Source of the DNA: Cereibacter sphaeroides 2.4.1
GTDB taxonomy: Bacteria > Pseudomonadota > Alphaproteobacteria > Rhodobacterales > Rhodobacteraceae
Direction of reading: 5' to 3'
NCBI RefSeq assembly: GCF_000012905.2
Contig: NC_007493.2
Location: 2,220,001 to 2,252,000, forward strand
DNA length: 32,000 nucleotides
Numbering within the stretch: the stretch's first letter is position 1; each line of letters opens with the position of its first letter. The notes below the pieces were generated by a model that searched no databases, was not told the DNA's origin, and saw nothing but the letters and a program-made list of their open reading frames with translations. Positions 1-8,775 of the stretch are shown in pieces. The translations under genes were made by a program, and so were the position numbers.

Positions 1-421
1 AGATCAGCGGCGCGAATTCGAAGCCGCGGCTGATGCCGAGGCCGGGCATGAGATCGTTGGCGGCCCGCGCGGCGAGCGACCAGCCATACCACGCCATGCC
101 GAAGCCGAAGGCCGCCACGAAGAAGTCCGAGATCGTGTGCAGCCAGGGCGCGACAGCCTTGGGCAGGAAATAGAGCAGCACGTCGAAGGACAGGTGATAG
201 CCCTCGCGCACGCCCACGGCCGCGCCGAGGAAGATGAACCAGGCCATGATCATGACCGCGGCCGGTTCCGCCCAGTGCAGGCTGTCGTTCATCACATAGC
301 GCACGAAAACCTGCGCGAAGACGAAGACCGTCATCAGCACGAGGCCCCCGCCCGCGATCCACAGCGCGATCCGCGCCAGCCCCCCCATGACGAGGGCCAG
401 TCTCTTCAATCCGTCCTGCAC
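1..421 (-). CDS. TRAP transporter small permease (DctQ family); N-terminal part only, gene runs off the window
   Basis: Absent from the ORF track because it is truncated. Hand translation of the minus strand from GTG 419-421 (GAGG about 8 nt upstream) gives VQDGLKRLALVMGGLARIALWIAGGGLVLMTVFVFAQVFVRYVMNDSLHWAEPAAVMIMAWFIFLGAAVGVREGYHLSFDVLLYFLPKAVAPWLHTISDFFVAAFGFGMAWYGW... This is hydrophobic and DctQ-like. It lies 62 bp downstream of a DctP gene on the same strand. Confidence 0.7.
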   Translation of the reverse strand, partial: MQDGLKRLALVMGGLARIALWIAGGGLVLMTVFVFAQVFVRYVMNDSLHWAEPAAVMIMAWFIFLGAAVGVREGYHLSFDVLLYFLPKAVAPWLHTISDFFVAAFGFGMAWYGWSLAARAANDLMPGLGISRGFEFAPLI

Positions 422-483
422 GTTGCACCTCGCCGGAAGAAACGGACCCGCGGCGCCAGGGCATCGCGGGTCCGAATGTCAGG

Positions 484-2893
<2,410 letters not shown>

Positions 2894-2996
2894 TGCCTTC
2901 CGCCTCCTCCCTGCGTCAAGCCTGCATTTATCGGTGGCATTCAGCCGCCGTGTCTGACTAATATGCTAGTATGCTTCACCTGTCAACGGAGTGGAC
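2894..2996. promoter_or_regulatory. Divergent uxaC / GntR-regulator promoter-operator region
   Basis: 103-bp spacer between divergent genes. It contains the most AT-rich stretch in the neighbourhood, 2955-2990 (TGACTAATATGCTAGTATGCTTCACCTGTCAAC). That stretch holds a TATGCT-AG-TATGCT direct repeat (2962-2975), a TAATAT -10-like hexamer, and TGTCTGAC / TGTCAAC half-site-like repeats. No operator can be assigned with certainty. Confidence 0.3.
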
Positions 2997-3713
2997 ATGA
3001 CCGACGCGATCACGCTGCCTGCCCTCGAGGCGCCCCTCCGCCCGTCGGTCACCGATCAGGTGTTCGACCAACTGCACGACCGCATCATCGAGCTGGACCT
3101 GCCGCCCGGCACCAAGCTTTCCGAGATCGAGGTCGCGCGGCAGTTCGGCGTCTCGCGCCAGCCGGTGCGCGATGCCTTCTACCGCCTGTCGAAGCTGGGT
3201 TTCCTGTCCATCCGCCCGCAGCGTGCGACGACGGTCTCGCAGATCTCGACCCGCAGCGTCATGCAGGCGCGCTTCATCCGCGCGGCGATAGAGGCCGAGA
3301 CGGTGCGCGTGGCCTGCGAGCGGCTGACCGAGGCCGATCATGCCGCGCTCTGGCGGCTCCTCGACCTCCAGCGCGAGGCCTCGGAGGCGCGCGACCGGCT
3401 GCGCTTCCATGCGCTCGACGACCAGTTCCACCGCGAACTCTGCGACCGGTCGGGCTGCGGATTCGCCTGGGAGATCGTCCGCGAGAACAAGTCCCACATG
3501 GACCGGGTGCGCTATCTCTCGCTGGCCTTCGCCTCCCAGGACGCCTATGGAGACCACCTCGAGGTGATGCAGGCCATCGAGGCGCGCGACGCGCCCGAGG
3601 CCATGCGGCGGATGCACAGTCACCTCAGCCGCATTAAGATCCAGATCGAGCGCATCCGGCTCGATCATCAGGCCTATTTCGCACAGGAGGACGCATGTCT
3701 GCCCGATCTTTGA
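2997..3713 (+). CDS. GntR-family transcriptional regulator (FadR/FCD subfamily), likely hexuronate regulator
   Basis: N-terminal winged-helix signature (LPPGTKLSEIEVARQFGVSRQPVRDAFYRLSKLGFLSIRPQRATTV) followed by an FCD-type helical domain. The track ORF starts at GTG 2991. I prefer ATG 2997 because GGAG (2987-2990) is 6 nt upstream of it. Confidence 0.85.
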   Translation: MTDAITLPALEAPLRPSVTDQVFDQLHDRIIELDLPPGTKLSEIEVARQFGVSRQPVRDAFYRLSKLGFLSIRPQRATTVSQISTRSVMQARFIRAAIEAETVRVACERLTEADHAALWRLLDLQREASEARDRLRFHALDDQFHRELCDRSGCGFAWEIVRENKSHMDRVRYLSLAFASQDAYGDHLEVMQAIEARDAPEAMRRMHSHLSRIKIQIERIRLDHQAYFAQEDACLPDL

Positions 3714-4604
3714 ACCCGCGCATCATCTCGGTCGGCGAGTGCATGGTCGAGATGGCGCCGACGGGCGAAGGCACCTTCGCGATGGGCTTTGCGGGCGACA
3801 CGCTGAACACCGCTTGGTATCTGCGCCGCGCCCTCCCCCCCCGAGGCGGAGGTGGACTATCTGACCGCCGTCGGCACCGATGCGATCTCGGACCGGATGC
3901 TCGGCTTTCTCCGCGACGCGGGTCTCGGGACAAGCCGCGTCGCGCGCATCCCGGACCGGACCGTGGGGCTCTATCTGATCGAGCTCACCGACGGCGAGCG
4001 CAGCTTCGCCTACTGGCGCGGCCAGAGCGCGGCGCGCCTTCTCGCCCGCGATCCGGCCGTGCTGGCGGCAGGCTTTGCCGGCGCCTCGATGATCTATCTC
4101 TCGGGCATCACGCTCGCGATCCTCGAACCGGCGGATCGGTCGCAGCTTCTCGCCGCTCTGTCGGCAGCGCGGGCCGCGGGCAGCGCAGTGGCGTTCGATC
4201 CGAACCTCCGCCCCCGGCTCTGGCCCGATGCCGCCACCATGTGCGCGGCCATCATGGAGGCCGCGCGGCACGCCGACATCGTGCTGCCCTCGCACGAGGA
4301 CGAGGCCGCCTTCTTCGGCGACGAGGATGCCGCGGCGACCGCCGCGCGCTATGCCGCCGCCGGCGCCGCGCTCGTGGTGGTGAAGGACGGGGCGGGACCG
4401 ATGGTGACGCTCACACCCGAAGGCCAGCAGAGCCACGCGCCCGAGACGGTGAGCCAGGTGGTCGACACGACCGCGGCCGGAGACAGCTTCAACGCGGGCT
4501 TCCTTGCCGCCCACATCGCGGGCGCGCCGCTGGCCGAGGCCGTCCGCGCCGGAGCCCGTCTCGCCGCCCGCGTGATCGGGCAGCGGGGCGCGCTGGTGAC
4601 CTGA
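3695..4604 (+). pseudogene. kdgK: 2-dehydro-3-deoxygluconokinase (PfkB/ribokinase family), reading frame broken in a C8 tract
   Basis: ATG 3695, preceded by AGGAGGA, opens MSARSLNPRIISVGECMVEMAPTGEGTFAMGFAGDTLNTAWYLRRALPP. The remaining PfkB-like sequence (EAEVDYLTAVGTDAISDRM...DTTAAGDSFNAGFLAAH...) is in the +1-shifted frame (track ORF 3852-4604). The switch point is the C8 run at 3835-3842. Removing one C gives a continuous 302-aa kinase. This may be a genuine pseudogene or a homopolymer base-calling error. Confidence 0.85.
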
Positions 4605-5030
4605 ACCGGCCGCAGGCCCCCTCGGCACGGGTGCCGTCAGGTCAGGTGCCGCCCGCTCTCCTCCCGCCGGATGCGATCGAGACTCTCCATCAGCCGGTCC
4701 CGCACATCCGCGCCCTCGGGCAGCGGTGCGGGAACGGCCCGATCACCCGCTGGCCCGGCTCAAGACTTGAGCCAAGCCACCGCGTCCACAGCGGTGGGAA
4801 GCCAAGCACAAGGGGCCCGGACAGGGTCATCCCCCGAGGATCGAGGGAAGCAGAGCTCGTGTCACGGCATGATCGGCCCGGAAACCCGCGCGCGCCGCAT
4901 CCTCGTCTCCGTCTGTTCGCGACCTGCCAGCCGGCGGGGCCCCGGCTGCCTCGACCCCCGGAGAGGACGCCGAGCGCCCGGCCTTTCCACCCCGAGGCCA
5001 ACAGGTCTATGATCGGCGCGGGAGGCACCC

Positions 5031-6362
5031 ATGGCGAAACCGCAGGCACCGCGCGAGGGAGACGGCGATCCGGTCTGGGCCGACTCGGTCTGGATGGACG
5101 TCATGTCGGCCGTCGACCGGACCTATGCCGATCTCGTGGACTATCAGGAGCGGCTCGAGCGGCAGAATGCCGAACTCGAAAGCCTGCGCTCGTTCCATGC
5201 CTCGGTGCTGGCCTCGGTGTCCGACATTCTCATCGTCGTCTCGCGCGCGGGTCTGATCGAGGAGGTCTCGGCCTCCGTCCCGGCCCGCACCCGCCTGCCC
5301 CGCGCGGCACTCTGCGGGCGGCCCGCGTCGGACCTCTTCGCCGAGGCCGACCGTCCCGCGCTTCAGGAGGCGATGCGCCGCGCCACGGACGCGCGCAGCG
5401 CCCTCACCCTCGAGGCGGGGCTCGAGACCCCCGAGGGCCCGAGCGCGGTGGAGCTCTCGCTGTCGCCCCGCTTCGACGAGCGTGGCCGCGCGGCGGGCCT
5501 CGTGCTCACCGGCCGGTCGGTGGCGGAGCTGCGGCAGGCCTATGCCGAACTGGCCGAGAGCCATGACGAGCTGAAGGCGGCGCAGGCGCTGCTGGTGCGG
5601 AACGAGAAGCTCGCCTCGCTCGGCCGCCTCCTCGCGGGCGTGGCGCATGAGCTGAACAATCCGATCAGCTTCGTCTATGCCAATGCCCATGCGCTCGGCC
5701 GCTACGCCACCAAGTTCGAGCAGTATTTCGAGCAGGTGCAGGCGGGTGCCCCGCGCGAGGCGCTGATCCGGCTGCGCGAGGAGCTGAAGCTCGACCGCGA
5801 GGTGCGCAACCTGCGCGATGCGGTGCAGGGCGCGCGCGACGGGGCCGAGCGGGTGCGCGACATCGTCGAGGACCTGCGGCGGCTCTCCTCCGAAGGATCG
5901 GGCGAGATGGAGGGCTTCGACCTTGTGGCGGTGGCGCAGGTGGCCACCGCTTGGGTCCTGCGCGGCGCGCGCCGACCGGTGGCGGTCGAGGTCACGGGCG
6001 AGGCCCATCTGCCGGTGCGGGGGCGGCCCGGCCATGTGCAGCAGGTGGTGATGAACCTCGTGCAGAACGCGCTCGACGCGGTCGAGGAGGTGCCCGAGCC
6101 GCGCATTTCCATCGAGCACCGGATCGAGGGCGACCGCGCGGTGCTGACGGTACGCGACAGCGGGCCGGGCGTGCCCGAGGCGCTGGCGCAGGCGATCTTC
6201 GATCCGTTCTTCACCACGAAACCGGTGGGGCGCGGCACCGGCCTCGGCCTGCCCATCTCGCACAAGATCGCCGAAGAGCATGGCGGGCGGCTCGTGCTCG
6301 GCGAGGAGGGTCCGGGCGCCGCCTTCCGCCTCGAACTGCCGCTCGACCGGGAGATCCGATGA
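5031..6362 (+). CDS. hupT: Soluble histidine kinase of the H2-sensing cascade
   Basis: 443 aa with GGAGG 5 nt upstream of the ATG. It has a PAS-like N-terminal half, an H-box (LAGVAHELNNPISFV), and N/G1/G2 boxes (VMNLVQNALDA, DSGPGV, GTGLGLPIS). No TM helices are visible. Its stop overlaps the hupU start (ATGA). Position and sequence match HupT of Rhodobacter. Confidence 0.9.
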   Translation: MAKPQAPREGDGDPVWADSVWMDVMSAVDRTYADLVDYQERLERQNAELESLRSFHASVLASVSDILIVVSRAGLIEEVSASVPARTRLPRAALCGRPASDLFAEADRPALQEAMRRATDARSALTLEAGLETPEGPSAVELSLSPRFDERGRAAGLVLTGRSVAELRQAYAELAESHDELKAAQALLVRNEKLASLGRLLAGVAHELNNPISFVYANAHALGRYATKFEQYFEQVQAGAPREALIRLREELKLDREVRNLRDAVQGARDGAERVRDIVEDLRRLSSEGSGEMEGFDLVAVAQVATAWVLRGARRPVAVEVTGEAHLPVRGRPGHVQQVVMNLVQNALDAVEEVPEPRISIEHRIEGDRAVLTVRDSGPGVPEALAQAIFDPFFTTKPVGRGTGLGLPISHKIAEEHGGRLVLGEEGPGAAFRLELPLDREIR

Positions 6363-7351
6363 ACATTCTCTGGCTTCAGGCCTCGGGCTGCGGCGGCTGC
6401 ACCATGTCGCTCCTCTGCGCCGAGGCGCCGGGCCTCTTCGACCTTCTCGAGGATGCGGGCCTGTGCTTCCTGTGGCACCCCTCGCTTTCGGTCGAGTCCG
6501 GGGCGGAGGTGCGGGCGCTCCTCGACCGGATCGAGGCGGGAGCGCAGCCGCTCGACATCCTCTGCGTCGAGGGCGCCATCGCGCGCGGGCCCCGCGGCAC
6601 CGGACGGTTCCAGATGCTCGCGGGCACCGGGCGCTCGATGCTCGAGACCGTCACGCGGCTCGCGCCCCTTGCCCGGCATGTGGTGGCGGTGGGCAGTTGC
6701 GCGGCCTTCGGCGGGATGACGAGCGCGGGCGGCAACCCCTCGGACGCGACGGGGCTCCAGTACGAGGGTACCCACGAGGGCGGCATCCTTCCGCCCGAGT
6801 TCCGGGCGCGGGACGGCCTGCCCGTGGTGAATGTCGCGGGCTGCCCGACCCATCCGGGCTGGGTGACCGAGACGCTGATGCTGCTAGGCGGCAGCGCACT
6901 GGCGGCCGGCGATCTCGACCGGTTCGGCCGCCCACGCTTCTACGCCGATCATCTCGTGCATCACGGCTGCTCGCGCAACGAATATTACGAATACAAGGCC
7001 AGCGCCCGCACCCCCGGCGAGATCGGCTGCATGATGGAACATATGGGCTGCATCGGCACGCAGGCGGTGGGCGACTGCAACATCCGGCCCTGGAACGGCA
7101 GCGGCTCCTGCACCTCGGGCGGCTATGCCTGCATCGCCTGCACCGCGCCCGAATTCGAGGAGCCGCGCCACCCCTACTCCGAGACGCCCAAGATCGGCGG
7201 CATCCCGGTGGGCCTGCCCTCGGACATGCCGAAGGCCTGGTTCATGGCGCTGGCGAGCCTGTCCAAGGCCGCCACGCCCGAGCGCATACGGCGGAACGCG
7301 GCCTCCGACCGGATCGAGGTGCCCCCCACGCTCCGGATGCCGAAGCGATGA
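6359..7351 (+). CDS. hupU: Regulatory (H2-sensor) [NiFe]-hydrogenase small subunit
   Basis: 330 aa, internal to track ORF 5951-7351. It starts MNILWLQASGCGGCTMSLL, directly at the proximal-cluster Cys motif. It has no twin-arginine signal and no C-terminal membrane anchor. FeS cysteines are present later (GSCAAFGG, NVAGCPTHP, CIACT). ATGA overlaps at both ends. Confidence 0.93.
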   Translation: MNILWLQASGCGGCTMSLLCAEAPGLFDLLEDAGLCFLWHPSLSVESGAEVRALLDRIEAGAQPLDILCVEGAIARGPRGTGRFQMLAGTGRSMLETVTRLAPLARHVVAVGSCAAFGGMTSAGGNPSDATGLQYEGTHEGGILPPEFRARDGLPVVNVAGCPTHPGWVTETLMLLGGSALAAGDLDRFGRPRFYADHLVHHGCSRNEYYEYKASARTPGEIGCMMEHMGCIGTQAVGDCNIRPWNGSGSCTSGGYACIACTAPEFEEPRHPYSETPKIGGIPVGLPSDMPKAWFMALASLSKAATPERIRRNAASDRIEVPPTLRMPKR

Positions 7352-8775
7352 CGCGGCTGGTGGTCGGCCCGTTCAACCGGGTCGAGGGGGATCTCGAGGT
7401 TCATCTGGAGGTGGCGGAGGGCGCTGTGACGGCGGCGCGGGTGAATGCGCCGCTCTACCGCGGCTTCGAGCGCATGCTCGAGGGCCGCGATCCCCGCGAC
7501 GCACTGACCATCACGCCGCGGATCTGCGGGATCTGCTCGATCAGCCAGTCGGTCGCGGCAGCGCGCGCGCTCGGCGCGGCGATGGGTCTCGCGCCTGCAC
7601 CGGCGGGCGAGCGGGTGGCGGCGCTGATCCATGCGGTCGAGAATGCGGCCGATCACCTGACCCATTTCAACCTCTTCTTCATGCCGGACTTCACCCGCCC
7701 CGCCTATGCCGGTCGGAGCTGGCACGGGCGCGCGCTGGCCCGCTTCACGGCGATGGAGGGCAGCGCGCAGCGCGAGGCGGTGGCCGCGCGGGCGGATCTC
7801 CTCCACATCCTCGGGCTTCTGGCCGGGAAATGGCCGCACACGCTGGCCGTCCAGCCGGGCGGCGTCACCCGCGCGCCCGGCGCGGCCGAGCGGATGCGGA
7901 TCCTCTCCAGCCTGCGAAGCTTCCGCCGCCACCTCGAACGCACGCTCTTCGGCGGCCCGCTCGAGGCCTTCGCGGCGCTCGAGATCGAAGCGGCGCTCCT
8001 GTCTTGGGGCCGCGGAGATGCCGGGCTGTTTCTCGAGATCGCGGCGGATCTCGGGCTTGCCGGCCTCGGCTGCGGCGCCGGGCGCTATCTCAGCTTCGGC
8101 GCCTATCCCCTGCCCGAGGGGCCGGCCTTCGCCGCGGGCACCTGGCAGGCGGGGGCGCCCGTCCCGCTCGACCCCGGCCTCATCCGCGAGGATCTGAGCC
8201 ATGCCTGGATGCTGGGCGAGGCCGCCCATCCCTCCGAAGGCCGCACCCTGCCCGACGAGGAGATGCGCGAGGCCGCCTACAGCTGGTGCAAGGCGCCCCG
8301 TCTGGACGGGCGGCCGATGGAGACGGGGGCGCTTGCGCGGCAGGTGGTGGCGGGCCATCCGCTCGCGCGCGATCTGGCGCGGCAGGGCGGCGTGCTCGCC
8401 CGCGTGGGAGCGCGGCTGCTGGAGCTCGCCCGGACGCAGATCCTGATGGAAGAGCTGGCGCAGGGCATCGATCCTGCGGCCCGCTTCATGGTGGCGATGG
8501 GGCCGCTGCCCCGGGATGCACAGGGGGCGGGACTGGTCGAGGCCGCGCGCGGCGCGCTCGGCCACTGGGTCCGGCTGCGGGGCGGGCTCATCGACCGCTA
8601 TCAGATCGTGGCGCCCACCACCTGGAACTTCAGCCCGCGCGATGCGGCAGGGGTGCCGGGCCCGCTCGAGGCCGCGCTGGTGGGCGCCCCCGTCGAGCCC
8701 GGCGAGACGACGCCGCTCTCGGTGCAGCATGTGGTGCGCAGCTTCGATCCCTGCATGGTCTGCACGGTACATTGA
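7348..8775 (+). CDS. hupV: Regulatory (H2-sensor) [NiFe]-hydrogenase large subunit
   Basis: 475 aa, internal to track ORF 6280-8775. The sequence reads MTRLVVGPFNRVEGDLEV... It has the N-terminal Ni-binding motif RICGICSISQ. The C-terminal motif DPCMVCTVH is followed directly by the stop, so there is no protease-cleaved extension. That is the hallmark of sensor hydrogenases. Confidence 0.93.
   Translation: MTRLVVGPFNRVEGDLEVHLEVAEGAVTAARVNAPLYRGFERMLEGRDPRDALTITPRICGICSISQSVAAARALGAAMGLAPAPAGERVAALIHAVENAADHLTHFNLFFMPDFTRPAYAGRSWHGRALARFTAMEGSAQREAVAARADLLHILGLLAGKWPHTLAVQPGGVTRAPGAAERMRILSSLRSFRRHLERTLFGGPLEAFAALEIEAALLSWGRGDAGLFLEIAADLGLAGLGCGAGRYLSFGAYPLPEGPAFAAGTWQAGAPVPLDPGLIREDLSHAWMLGEAAHPSEGRTLPDEEMREAAYSWCKAPRLDGRPMETGALARQVVAGHPLARDLARQGGVLARVGARLLELARTQILMEELAQGIDPAARFMVAMGPLPRDAQGAGLVEAARGALGHWVRLRGGLIDRYQIVAPTTWNFSPRDAAGVPGPLEAALVGAPVEPGETTPLSVQHVVRSFDPCMVCTVH

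Noticed and set aside
4637-4759. Short minus-strand ORF ending ...ADVRDRLMESLDRIRREESGRHLT* just downstream of kdgK
   Set aside because: It has only about 40 codons bounded by an in-frame stop at 4760-4762, with no good start or RBS and no recognisable family. It may be a gene remnant, but that cannot be supported.
3695-5566. 623-aa ORF starting at the kdgK ATG
   Set aside because: Only the first 47 codons are KdgK-like. After the C8 tract the frame reads implausible Arg/Gly/Pro-rich sequence across the intergenic region and into hupT in the wrong frame. It is a run-on caused by the frameshift.
7125-8774. 5' two-fifths of the 1378-aa ORF 7125-11261
   Set aside because: This part overlaps hupU/hupV in another frame and has no HypF similarity. 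HypF-like sequence begins only after 8775 (acylphosphatase domain at about 9009).
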